Below are positions 29,031 to 38,938 of a DNA stretch of 47,097 nucleotides, piece by piece. The notes beneath the pieces were generated by a model that saw only the letters and a program-made list of their open reading frames with translations, was not told where the DNA came from and ran no database searches. The translations under genes and the position numbers were made by a program. Source of the stretch: Promethearchaeota archaeon. GTDB taxonomy: Archaea > Asgardarchaeota > Lokiarchaeia > Sigyniarchaeales > SOKP01. Positions within the stretch are counted from its first letter, which is position 1, and the number at the start of each line of letters is the position of its first letter. Where the stretch lies: the NCBI GenBank assembly GCA_048938445.1, contig JBHLME010000010.1, forward strand, positions 1 through 47,097, read 5' to 3'.

Positions 29031-29924
29031 TTATTGCATTACTTTTGCAGAGAAAACATCTAAACGATTTTTTAGTTTAGATCGTGAGAGCCAAAACACA
29101 ATTTTTTTAATGCCCCAGCTTTCTAATTTGGTTATTTTCTGTTTAATATCTTCAGGATAACCCACGAATGGATTTTTCCAGATATCTTGTGTATAATCTT
29201 CAAGTTCATCTTGATCTTTTATCATTTTTATAGGACTCATGATTGAGATCTCGAACTTAGAAGGATCACGATTATATTTTTTTAGTTTTTCATTAATAAA
29301 GGAAATCCTGTTAGGAATATCTTCAAATAATATATTATTGATTGGTAGATTTATTCCATCTGCTTCTCTACAGGCAATATCAATCATCCTCGTTCCATTA
29401 GTTCCCAATACAATCTGAGGATGAGGTTTTTGAATCGGCTTCGGATAATTCTCAGTTCTTCTTAGTATCCAAAATTTACCTTTAAAATTAGTAATATCTT
29501 CAGTAAATAATTTTTTATAAATCGTGAGAGATTCCTCGAGCTGGTCAACTCTCTCTTTTGGTTTGGGAAAGGGATATCCATATTGTCTATATTCTTTATT
29601 ATTCCATCCTGCTCCCAACCACATTAATATTCGTCCATTAGAAATATTGTCTAAAGTTGATATCATTTTAGCTAAAAGGGCAGGATTTCGAAAAGAATTA
29701 CACAAGACAATAAAACTTAGATTAATTTTATGTGTTTCTATAGCTAATGCAGTCATTAAGGTAAAAGCTTCTAACCAAGGAGATCTCCTCTGCTCCTGAC
29801 TAATAAGATGATCTGGTACGTGAATTGAATCAAATCCTAAATCTTCTACCCTTAAGGCCAAACTTTTAATTGATGGATAACTACTTGATGGTAATAAAAG
29901 TAAACCATACTTCATACTTTTCAC
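29031..29924 (-). CDS. LLM-class (probably F420-dependent) oxidoreductase
   Basis: GFDSIHVPDH, FRNPALLAKM.STLD..SNGR, LGAGW..EY. Confidence 0.88.
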   Translation of the reverse strand: MKSMKYGLLLLPSSSYPSIKSLALRVEDLGFDSIHVPDHLISQEQRRSPWLEAFTLMTALAIETHKINLSFIVLCNSFRNPALLAKMISTLDNISNGRILMWLGAGWNNKEYRQYGYPFPKPKERVDQLEESLTIYKKLFTEDITNFKGKFWILRRTENYPKPIQKPHPQIVLGTNGTRMIDIACREADGINLPINNILFEDIPNRISFINEKLKKYNRDPSKFEISIMSPIKMIKDQDELEDYTQDIWKNPFVGYPEDIKQKITKLESWGIKKIVFWLSRSKLKNRLDVFSAKVMQ

Positions 29925-30112
29925 TTTTTATACTTATTTTTCAATGTTAACTATAGAAATATTAAAATAAAAGTATTATGAATAAATCAGATAGAATCCA
30001 TTTCACGATTAATTTACCCAAAGTCTAATATTTCGCATGTTACTGCTTACATATATTATTTAGGATTTAAAAATGAGGAAAAAATATTTAAAAAATATTA
30101 TTTTGCATTACT

Positions 30113-31666
30113 TTATTTTTTTGAGACAACCTCGTCAACTTGATGTGCTAATATCTTAGAGGAATTAGTTTGATTGTCTTTTATTCTTTTTTTATTCAAG
30201 TTATCGTCAATTCCGGCAATTTTTTTTACAATGGTTTTTCGAGCTTCAATGTCATATTGGGTCGTAATTGCGATTTCTTCCATGACTGGGCTTCCCCCTC
30301 CATGGTACCCTCCCATGAGAGCGATTCCACCAGATGCAGAACATAATGTGTCCCCAATATACCGCCAGAGCTGGGCAGCATTTTCAGGCGCAACTTTTGG
30401 GTTTCTGGTAATATATTTATGGAGTTTGTCTTTCAATTCAGGATTAATAAAATCTTTTTCATGTGGAAATGTAGCTGGAATGCCCCCCGAAATATCCGTT
30501 ATGATCTCAGCTTCTCGAAAAACGTTTTCACCAGTTAAGCATCTTCCAACATTGCAGTAAATTGAGTTTGGAATGTAACTTCCAGGACCATAAGGGATAA
30601 ATCCCACACCAGGCATGTATACTTCAGGTTTTCCTAAATCGGAAGCGGTGTATCCTGCAGCATAGCCAAGTTCCGTAACTAAGATTAATTCAGCTAACTT
30701 ATGCCTTACGTGTTCGGCTTTTGCAATATTATTGTATTCTGCAGCTAAAGCTGCTGTTCCTGTCATTATATCACCAATCGCAGGTTTACATCCAGAGTAA
30801 CTATGTCGGTGAAACAGACCAAAGAGTAAAGCAAGGGCACCTCCATGTTGATATTCTCCGCATAAAAAAACCCTTTCCCAAGGTACAAATACTTCATCAA
30901 AAATTAAATACGAGTCCGTGGCTCCTTGTTGAAAACCACGTGGAAAATGCTCCCTTTTGCGAAAATTATGAATCGTCACCACTTGAGTTACACCCTCATA
31001 ATCTCCAGGTACAGCGAACGAAACAGCATAATCTTTATCTTCTGACCTTAAAGCTCTTGTTGGGACAATGAGTAATTCATCAGAAACGGATGCTTCTGAA
31101 ATATGAAGTTTACAGCCACTAACTATAATTCCATCCTTCTTCCTTTCTACAACATGGACGTACATGTCGGGATCTATTTGATCGGCAGGACGTCTAATTC
31201 TATCTCCTTTCACATCAGTTTGAGCAGCAGCAGCTATTAAATCTTCCTGTTGAAATCTTAATAACCATTTTTTAAAATTTTCATGATATTGAGTTTCTCC
31301 TTTATTTAATTTATCTGCCTCATATGACACGTTGTAAACAGCATTTGCCGCATCACAACCCATACATCGTTGAATACATCCACCAACTTTTTGACATAGT
31401 TTTCGCGTCATGTCTTGCTTCTTATGAAGATCATCATTACTATGATGAATGTGGGTAAATCTATTAATAATTTCACCTGTTAGATGAGACTTAACTTGCA
31501 TTAAATCTTTATATTCAGGATCATCAAAAGCGTCGAATGTAAATCCAATCGTGTTTATACAATCCATATGGCGGTCATCTAACCGATCAATTTGTTCCCC
31601 ATCATAATAAAGATTGGATTTCATTTTTCCTAAATCTTTCATAAATTGCTCTTTTGTTCTTACCAT
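30113..31666 (-). CDS. abfD: 4-hydroxybutyryl-CoA dehydratase family protein
   Basis: GCIQRCMG and HRHSYSGCK supply the Cys3/His [4Fe-4S] ligands; AQTDVKGDR, HGGGSP. Confidence 0.85.
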   Translation of the reverse strand: MVRTKEQFMKDLGKMKSNLYYDGEQIDRLDDRHMDCINTIGFTFDAFDDPEYKDLMQVKSHLTGEIINRFTHIHHSNDDLHKKQDMTRKLCQKVGGCIQRCMGCDAANAVYNVSYEADKLNKGETQYHENFKKWLLRFQQEDLIAAAAQTDVKGDRIRRPADQIDPDMYVHVVERKKDGIIVSGCKLHISEASVSDELLIVPTRALRSEDKDYAVSFAVPGDYEGVTQVVTIHNFRKREHFPRGFQQGATDSYLIFDEVFVPWERVFLCGEYQHGGALALLFGLFHRHSYSGCKPAIGDIMTGTAALAAEYNNIAKAEHVRHKLAELILVTELGYAAGYTASDLGKPEVYMPGVGFIPYGPGSYIPNSIYCNVGRCLTGENVFREAEIITDISGGIPATFPHEKDFINPELKDKLHKYITRNPKVAPENAAQLWRYIGDTLCSASGGIALMGGYHGGGSPVMEEIAITTQYDIEARKTIVKKIAGIDDNLNKKRIKDNQTNSSKILAHQVDEVVSKK

Positions 31667-31731
31667 CTCTTATCAAATTCTTAAATTATTTTTATAACTT
31701 TTATTTAGTAAGATAAAATTATAAAATCTTG

Positions 31732-31831
31732 TCAGTGCAGATCAGTTTTATCATCAATCCGTATTTCTACCGATTTCATAACGCCAAATCTTCATGAGAA
31801 CGATTCAAGGGTATCCAGCCCAAATCGTCCC
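31732..31831 (-). ncRNA. Candidate structured ncRNA: hairpin followed by C/D-box-like motifs
   Basis: Minus strand hairpin GGGACGATTT-GGG-CTGGATA-CCC-TT-GAATCGTTCT, then ATGAAGA...CGGA-T-TGATGA...CTGA; GC-richer than the flanking intergenic DNA. Confidence 0.4.
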
Positions 31832-31895
31832 GTTTTATAATTTTATCTCAAGTAAAATAAAGAAATAAGATAATTTATGTGTTCTTAATTTAAGG

Positions 31896-33209
31896 TTATT
31901 TCAAATGATCAGGAATAATTTGATGTTTTAGGAGATCATCATATGTCTCTTGATTTCTAATCAAATAAGATTTACCATTATTTATCAGTATTTCCGCTGG
32001 TCTTGGTCTTGAATTATAAGGGCTACTCATTGTAAAACCATATGCACCGGCATCTAATATGGCAAGATATTCTTCTTCTTTCAATTCTGGAAGTTCTCTT
32101 TCTTTACCAAGAATATCACCAGATTCGCAGATTGGCCCTGCTATATCATATTTTAATAATTGAACACCTTGTTTTTCCTCGCATGGGATGATGTGATGAT
32201 AAGCAGAATACATAGTTGGTCGTATTAACGTATTAAAACCTGCATCAACACCAGCAAATAGTTTAAATCCATTATCTTTGATTGTATTAATTTGTGTTAA
32301 AATAATACTTGCCTCTGCAGAGATATATCTTCCTGGTTCAATCTTGAAAGTGGGTTCACCAAAATCGCCTCTTTCAGTTAATTCTTTAAATTTATTAAGT
32401 ACTATTTTTTTATACAATTCTAGATCAAACTTATTTTCTTCTGGATGATATGGTATTCCTATACCCCCACCAAAATCAATAAATTCAAGTATTATGTCAA
32501 GAGTATCAGTTAAATTGATAATTATTGATATGAATTTTTCAGCAGCTTTTTCAAAATCACGAGCATCAATAATACCTGAACCAATGTGCATGTGTGTTCC
32601 AAATTTCTCAAATCCAAGTTCTCTTGCTTTTGAGTATGCTTCGATAACCTGATGATCCAAAATTCCAAATTTAATGTGTTTACCTGCCGTTATAGTGTGT
32701 GGATGATGTCCTGCTCCGAATTCTGGATTAATTCTAAATGATATAGGTTTTTTTTCTTTCCCCAAATCATCATAGACTTTTGCTAACCGTTTTATCTGAC
32801 TAATACTGTCCAAATTTAATAATATGTCATTTTCAACAGCAAATTTAAAATCTTCATTAGTAAACATGTTTCCAGTATAGAAAATATCCTCAGCTGGAAC
32901 TCCTGCTTTCAAACAAGTATAAACCTCACCAATAGAAGAACAGTCATAACTAGAACCTTCTGATTTTAATATTTTTATGATTGATAAGTTTGAATTTGCT
33001 TTTACAGCATAATGAATTATATTATTTTTATATTCTGAATCTAATGTTTCTTTTAATTCTCTATATCTTTCCCTTATTAATTGTTCATTTACCACGTATA
33101 TTGGTGCTCCATACTTTTCCAATAATTCAATGGTATTTACACCCGCCAAGTATAAAGTCCCATTTTCATATTCTAAATCTTTATTTTTTAACCATTCTGA
33201 ATATTCCAT
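31896..33209 (-). CDS. lysA: Diaminopimelate decarboxylase
   Basis: YAVKAN PLP lysine, HMHIGS, DFGGG, EPGR, GPICESGD, GAYG. Confidence 0.96.
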   Translation of the reverse strand: MEYSEWLKNKDLEYENGTLYLAGVNTIELLEKYGAPIYVVNEQLIRERYRELKETLDSEYKNNIIHYAVKANSNLSIIKILKSEGSSYDCSSIGEVYTCLKAGVPAEDIFYTGNMFTNEDFKFAVENDILLNLDSISQIKRLAKVYDDLGKEKKPISFRINPEFGAGHHPHTITAGKHIKFGILDHQVIEAYSKARELGFEKFGTHMHIGSGIIDARDFEKAAEKFISIIINLTDTLDIILEFIDFGGGIGIPYHPEENKFDLELYKKIVLNKFKELTERGDFGEPTFKIEPGRYISAEASIILTQINTIKDNGFKLFAGVDAGFNTLIRPTMYSAYHHIIPCEEKQGVQLLKYDIAGPICESGDILGKERELPELKEEEYLAILDAGAYGFTMSSPYNSRPRPAEILINNGKSYLIRNQETYDDLLKHQIIPDHLK

Positions 33210-33234
33210 CTTGATTTCTCTTAATTTTTCTATT

Positions 33235-34131
33235 CTATATCATAAGTTTTTCGATATTTCCTACAAATACTTTAACAACGGGTCCCTCCATAAAGATTGT
33301 TTTTCTAGTATAAGTAATGATTAAATCTCCACCATCATTGTGTATTGTTATAGGTGAATTTTTCTTGAATAATCCGAGTTCCGTCCCAGCAACGACAGCC
33401 GCGCAAGTTCCCGTGCCACATGAATTGGTAATGCCAACACCTCTCTCAAAAACTCTTAAAATGGCTTCTTCATTAGAAACCACTTTTACAAATTCAACAT
33501 TTGTTTTATTTGGAAAGTATTTGTGAGATTCTATGACTGAACCATACTTGTTCAACTCTGTATCATCCAATTGTTCTTTAATAAAGATAATAGTATGCGG
33601 ATTACCCATTGAAACAGCGGAAAACCTGAAAATTTTATCTAGGGCTACTAGTTCTTCATTGATACATTGACTTGTTTCATTATCAATATCAACAGGTATC
33701 ATTTCACAGTCTAAAATTGGGGGTCCCATATCTATTTTAACGCTCTCAACTAAGTCTTCTCTAATATTTAGTTCAGCAATTATTATCCCTTTAAGAGTCT
33801 CAATGCTTAATTCACTTTTTTTGACAATATTATTCTCATACACATATTTTGAGAAACACCTAATTCCATTTCCACACATCTCTGCTTCAGAACCATCAGA
33901 ATTGAATATTCGCATTTTTATATCGGCTTCTATAGAATTGCATACAAATATTAAGCCATCTGCTCCAACTGAAAAATGATATTGGCATAAAGCCCGTGCT
34001 AAATTGCTTTTTTTTTCTTCTGGGATGTCCAAATGAATGTCATTAATAATAATATAATCATTTCCTAATCCATGATACTTTTCAAATTGTAAGTTTTCGA
34101 TGACAAAGGGATTCATTTTATAACCTTCCAA
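33235..34131 (-). CDS. dapF: Diaminopimelate epimerase
   Basis: KYHGLGND, EMCGNG, SMGNPH, NVEF, ERGVG.T.SCGTG. Confidence 0.96.
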   Translation of the reverse strand: MEGYKMNPFVIENLQFEKYHGLGNDYIIINDIHLDIPEEKKSNLARALCQYHFSVGADGLIFVCNSIEADIKMRIFNSDGSEAEMCGNGIRCFSKYVYENNIVKKSELSIETLKGIIIAELNIREDLVESVKIDMGPPILDCEMIPVDIDNETSQCINEELVALDKIFRFSAVSMGNPHTIIFIKEQLDDTELNKYGSVIESHKYFPNKTNVEFVKVVSNEEAILRVFERGVGITNSCGTGTCAAVVAGTELGLFKKNSPITIHNDGGDLIITYTRKTIFMEGPVVKVFVGNIEKLMI

Positions 34132-34180
34132 TAATGAAAGCGTTTATACAATTATAAAAGTAATACGATTATTTAAATGT

Positions 34181-34203
34181 TATATGTGTCATTGACACAT
34201 ATA
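34181..34203. promoter_or_regulatory. Perfect 11-1-11 palindromic operator between divergent dapF and HTH regulator
   Basis: TATATGTGTCA-T-TGACACATATA directly after an ATTTAAAT TATA-like box. Confidence 0.7.
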
Positions 34204-34239
34204 CACAACTTTAAAAATAGTGAAATAATATAATAATTA

Positions 34240-35163
34240 ATGTCAAATATAATGAAAGAAAAACAATTTGTTGATATAATCCAAGAATCCGGTTTGAGTT
34301 TAAATGAAGCGATGGTTTACTTTGCTTTAATTAAATCAGGAGAAAAAGGATGTATTGTAAAGGAATTAGATCATGAACTTCCCATCAAAAGAACAAATAT
34401 CTATTCAATCATACACAGGTTAATACAATTAGGATGTGTCGAGGAGGCGGGTCAAGCAGAAAAATCTAAAAATGCTACAATCTATAAAGCTACGAATCCA
34501 TTAATATTTATTGACCAGCTCATCGAGGAGAAGCAAATAGAACTTAAAAAACTCCAAAATATTAAGAAGCATCACGTGAATGATTTACAATCAATTTACC
34601 AAGAGGGGATGGAGTTTTCTTTTGAGGAGATCAATCCCATTATCCAACCATATTTTCAACCCTTATTACAAAAAGGATGGAAAATAAAATCTTATATAGT
34701 TCGAAAGGGAATTCCAATGTTCGATTATGAAGTCTATGATTGTTTGCTTTATTCACCTCAATCAAAATATATTAAAGATAATAGTTTTCACTTATTTGTT
34801 TTTGATTATGATATTGAAAGTGATGAGAATGCCCTTACTTTCTTCATGGATAATCTTAAGAAAAAAACAAGGGAAATTAAATCATTTTTTTTTGATATTA
34901 AAGAACTCAAACTTACAAATGATGAGATGATTATTAAGAATAAGGTATTCTCTATTTTTAAAATGGAAGTAAAAATTAGACAATTGAAAGATTCAGCTTA
35001 TTTTGAGAACATTTCACATGAATTAGAAGAAAAGAATCCCAATGATTACTTTGAAATAGGAAAGGCCTTGATCATCCCTTTAGGTAATAAATTATTTTAT
35101 CTTTGGGCTGAATCAGATGACATTCTTAAAGAAATGGCAGATCCAATTTTTATGATAAATTGA
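34240..35163 (+). CDS. TrmB-like winged-HTH transcriptional regulator with unknown C-terminal domain
   Basis: GLSLNEAMVYFALI...IKRTNIYSIIHRLIQLGCV...YKATNP. Confidence 0.75.
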   Translation: MSNIMKEKQFVDIIQESGLSLNEAMVYFALIKSGEKGCIVKELDHELPIKRTNIYSIIHRLIQLGCVEEAGQAEKSKNATIYKATNPLIFIDQLIEEKQIELKKLQNIKKHHVNDLQSIYQEGMEFSFEEINPIIQPYFQPLLQKGWKIKSYIVRKGIPMFDYEVYDCLLYSPQSKYIKDNSFHLFVFDYDIESDENALTFFMDNLKKKTREIKSFFFDIKELKLTNDEMIIKNKVFSIFKMEVKIRQLKDSAYFENISHELEEKNPNDYFEIGKALIIPLGNKLFYLWAESDDILKEMADPIFMIN

Positions 35164-35247
35164 CTTAAAAGACTATATATCAATGATAAGCATCTCATAA
35201 CTGGTAAAAATGCTCAGATTTTATGAGATAAATTAAAATTTTAAATG

Positions 35248-36384
35248 TTAATTATGAATGCTATTAGGATTAATTATTCTTTTGATAGAATTTTCACTTA
35301 GAGCACATGCAATCATGAGTCCAATAATCGTCCATACAAACAACAATTGGTAATATATTGTTAATTTCCATATAATTTTATTTTTCATTATGAGACCAAG
35401 TGTACATGCTAGATTTCCTATCGAGAAAATAAGGACTAGTAATTCTGCATTTAATGCTAAGAAATAAATTTCAGTTTCTCCAAGATATTCAGGTAATTGA
35501 GAACCCCAATTATTAATGAAGAAAATAACAACAAAATTATTAAATATAATACATAGAATAGATAGGATTAATCCTAATATTCCTGCTAATGCGAACAATA
35601 TAATTAATAAAACTAATTTTTGCTCACCAGATTTGAATATTCTTTTTTTAAATTCTAAAATTGATCTAAAATCTTTTAAAGATAATGCACATAAAACCAA
35701 TGGAGTTAATAAAAATAAACTTATATAGAGTACACCTCCCGCATCTGAATGTTCGGCAGTAGAAACAGAACCTAATAGAAAAAATGAGACCATAAAGAGC
35801 GTAATGTACAATATAATTATAAACAATGACTTTTTGGAGAGAAATTTTAAAAACCATACAAAAATGAAGACAAATCCTAGGATAAGTATGACACCAATGC
35901 TCAATGCGATTACAGGATTGACATTTAGAAAACCCGTTTCCCATAATCTCATGAAATCCTCAATTGTCCAAGAAATTCCGTTATAGCTTGAAATTTTGGG
36001 GAAGAAAGAGAATATCCCTCCATTATTTATTATGCTATCTAAATAATTGTGCATTACTCCTCCAGCTAATACCAAAAGATACGTATTAATATATTTTAAT
36101 TTATGTTTATTTAACTCAATTAATTCAATATTTCGAATACCATCTATTTTTAATGTAAATTTGTTAAAATAATAATAAAAACATGCTAAAATTAAAGCAA
36201 AAAGTGGCCAAAAAAAGATGGAATGCGATATTCTTCCCAATCCAATTACCCATCCCACGTCAGGACCAAGATAATTATTTAAGAAAAAGATAAAAACATG
36301 AGTTTTTGAAAATTTTTTATCACTTATATAATAAAGACAAATGCCAAAAAATCCTCCTAATATAAGATGAGATATGCTTGGCAT
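35248..36384 (-). CDS. Multi-pass membrane protein, possible membrane-bound metal-dependent hydrolase
   Basis: MPSISH, GPD, SHS and HNYLD pattern of YdjM-like hydrolases followed by more TM helices; ATG at 36384. Confidence 0.55.
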   Translation of the reverse strand: MPSISHLILGGFFGICLYYISDKKFSKTHVFIFFLNNYLGPDVGWVIGLGRISHSIFFWPLFALILACFYYYFNKFTLKIDGIRNIELIELNKHKLKYINTYLLVLAGGVMHNYLDSIINNGGIFSFFPKISSYNGISWTIEDFMRLWETGFLNVNPVIALSIGVILILGFVFIFVWFLKFLSKKSLFIIILYITLFMVSFFLLGSVSTAEHSDAGGVLYISLFLLTPLVLCALSLKDFRSILEFKKRIFKSGEQKLVLLIILFALAGILGLILSILCIIFNNFVVIFFINNWGSQLPEYLGETEIYFLALNAELLVLIFSIGNLACTLGLIMKNKIIWKLTIYYQLLFVWTIIGLMIACALSENSIKRIINPNSIHN

Positions 36385-36564
36385 GATATTTCTTAATCTA
36401 ATTGAGGTAATAAATTCTTTTATTATATTCAAAATTTGTTTTTATTTAATCCTAAATTTGCCATATGTTTTCACGACTAAAAGAGTTAAAAATTTATAGT
36501 ATAACATGTTTATTTGTGTAAGATATTGTGTTTTTAGATGAATATTTTCATATGGTTTTGATAC

Positions 36565-37839
36565 ATGGGATTAACGATAACAGAAAAAATTCTTAGAGAT
36601 CATTGCAATGAGAAAAATGTATCCGCAGGTGATTTTATCCTTGCTAAAGTTGATAAATGCTTAGCTAATGATATAACAGCTCCAATTGCGATTGATGTGT
36701 TTAAAAAAATTGTTGAGGGTACTGATCGGGGGGTTTTTGATAAGAAAAAAATCATATTAACACCAGATCATTTTGCACCCAATAAGGATGTGGCTTCAGC
36801 AGAACAATGTAAGGTTTTAAGAGAATTTGCTCATGAATATGAGATTGAAAATTACTTTGAGCAAGGAAGGGTTGGTATTGAACATTGTCTCGTACCCGAA
36901 CAAGGGCTTGCTCTGCCAGGTGAAGTATTTATTGGAGCAGATTCTCATACATGCACCTATGGCGCTCTCGGTGCATTTTCCACGGGTGTAGGTTCAACAG
37001 ATCTGGGTGTTGCTATGGCGTTGGGTTCTTGCTGGTTTAAAATTCCGGAGTCAATTAAATTCATCTACTCTGGTAGATTAAATGAATTTGTTTCAGGAAA
37101 GGATTTAATTTTATACACGATTGGTCAAGTTGGTGTTGATGGTGCTACCTATAAATCAATGGAATTTACTGGAGAAATAATAGATGAGCTATCAATGGCA
37201 GGTAGATTTACTATGTGTAATATGGCAATAGAAGCAGGTGGAAAGAATGGTATTATTACACCCGATAAAATTACAGTAGCATATCTAAAAGAAGTAAACA
37301 AAATAAACTACACTAAGTATGAAAGTGATAAGGATGCTGAATACTCAGATGTGATAGAATTTGAATGTTCTGATTTAGAACCTCAAGTGTCATTACCACA
37401 CTTACCTGAAAATGCCAAACCCATCTCTGAGGTAGATGGAATGAGAATTGACATAGATCAATCTGTCATTGGCTCTTGCACGAATGGACGCTTAGAAGAT
37501 TTAAGAATTGCGGCAAAAATACTAAAAGGGAAGAAAATAGCTCCAAATGTTCGATGTATATTGATACCTGGCACTCCAAAGATATACCTTGATGCTCTTA
37601 AAGAAGGACTGATCAAAATTTTTCTGGAAGCAGGAGTAATCGTGTCAACTCCTACTTGTGGACCGTGTTTGGGTGGATTTATGGGCATACTTGCTGCTGG
37701 CGAGAGAGCGATCTCAACTACAAATCGTAATTTTGTTGGTAGAATGGGACATGTAGGGAGTGAAGTTTACTTATCAGGACCCGCAATAGCTGCCGCTTCT
37801 GCTATTAAAGGATATATAACTTCACCTGAGTATTTATGA
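36565..37839 (+). CDS. leuC: 3-isopropylmalate dehydratase/homoaconitase large subunit
   Basis: [33 protein letters not shown]. Confidence 0.9.
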   Translation: MGLTITEKILRDHCNEKNVSAGDFILAKVDKCLANDITAPIAIDVFKKIVEGTDRGVFDKKKIILTPDHFAPNKDVASAEQCKVLREFAHEYEIENYFEQGRVGIEHCLVPEQGLALPGEVFIGADSHTCTYGALGAFSTGVGSTDLGVAMALGSCWFKIPESIKFIYSGRLNEFVSGKDLILYTIGQVGVDGATYKSMEFTGEIIDELSMAGRFTMCNMAIEAGGKNGIITPDKITVAYLKEVNKINYTKYESDKDAEYSDVIEFECSDLEPQVSLPHLPENAKPISEVDGMRIDIDQSVIGSCTNGRLEDLRIAAKILKGKKIAPNVRCILIPGTPKIYLDALKEGLIKIFLEAGVIVSTPTCGPCLGGFMGILAAGERAISTTNRNFVGRMGHVGSEVYLSGPAIAAASAIKGYITSPEYL

Positions 37840-37879
37840 AGTAGTAATATCTAAAATAATGAAAAAGGTGTGAAATGTA

Positions 37880-38377
37880 TTGAAAGGAAAAGTAATAAAA
37901 TATAATGAAAGCAATATTAATACCGATTTAATAATTCCTGCGAGATATCTGGTTAAATCAGACCCTGAATTCTTAGCAGAACACTGTATGGAAGATCTAG
38001 ATCCCGAGTTCAATCAAAAAGTAAAAAAATTAGATATATCAATTATGATAGGTGGACCAAATTTTGGAAGTGGATCGAGCAGGGAACAAGCACCATTAGC
38101 TATTAAAACAGCGGGTATTAAATGTGTTTTAGCCCCCTCTTTTGCACGAATCTTTTTTCGAAACGCTATAAATATTGGATTACCGATCTTAGAATTCAGT
38201 GATATTAAGGATATAAATACGGGAGAAAAACTTGACATTGATTTTGAAGGGGGTAAAGTTATCAACTTGACTTCGAAAAAGGAATTTAAGATAAAAGAAA
38301 TGCCTCCTTTTCTTCAAGAGATCATAGCTTCTGAAGGACTAATAAATTTTGCTCGAAAAAAAGTTTTAAAAAATTAA
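37880..38377 (+). CDS. leuD: 3-isopropylmalate dehydratase small subunit
   Basis: INTDLIIPARYL, NFGSGSSREQA, SFARIFFRNAINIG; hinge YLVK is closer to LeuD-type YLV than HacB-type YLRT. Confidence 0.88.
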   Translation: MKGKVIKYNESNINTDLIIPARYLVKSDPEFLAEHCMEDLDPEFNQKVKKLDISIMIGGPNFGSGSSREQAPLAIKTAGIKCVLAPSFARIFFRNAINIGLPILEFSDIKDINTGEKLDIDFEGGKVINLTSKKEFKIKEMPPFLQEIIASEGLINFARKKVLKN

Positions 38378-38419
38378 TAAAAGATCTAAGATAATTAATA
38401 CTATCATCTACATGAATAT

Positions 38420-38938
38420 ATGGAATCTTTTAATAAAATGAAGAAAAAATACACTTTCATATTAATAACGTTCCTTATCACGATTTTTTTTCCCTTTTCA
38501 GTTGTATCAGCAAACATGCCTCCTGAAAATTTATACACTAACAGTTCAGCATTTTATGTGTGTGCCTTAAATAAATATGATATCTTAACTTTAAATCTGA
38601 CTCCCTCTGATACTGGAAGTGGAGTTTTTTCCATGTATTTACTCAATGAACGTCCTTTAAATGATAACCTAGTATCAGGTACAATAGTCGCTGAAGGTTT
38701 AAACATATATTATAATGCAACTAACAGGCAAATTTACTATATTAAAATTCATCTTGCGGAGAATGGTCCAGATACATTTCAATTAACAGTCATGGTAAAT
38801 GGTGAATTTGTTCAGTTAGTTCGATATTATATACCTCAAATTCCGGGATTTCCTTTAGAATTCTTACTCCTATCAATAACTATTGGATTTGGTTTAATTC
38901 TATATATCATTAGGAAACGTAAAATGATAATTGAATAA
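38420..38938 (+). CDS. Secreted/surface protein with C-terminal IPGF-TM-basic (Loki-CTERM/PGF-CTERM-like) sorting signal
   Basis: N-terminal signal peptide ending VSA; C-terminal IPGFP + hydrophobic helix + RKRK. Confidence 0.75.
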   Translation: MESFNKMKKKYTFILITFLITIFFPFSVVSANMPPENLYTNSSAFYVCALNKYDILTLNLTPSDTGSGVFSMYLLNERPLNDNLVSGTIVAEGLNIYYNATNRQIYYIKIHLAENGPDTFQLTVMVNGEFVQLVRYYIPQIPGFPLEFLLLSITIGFGLILYIIRKRKMIIE

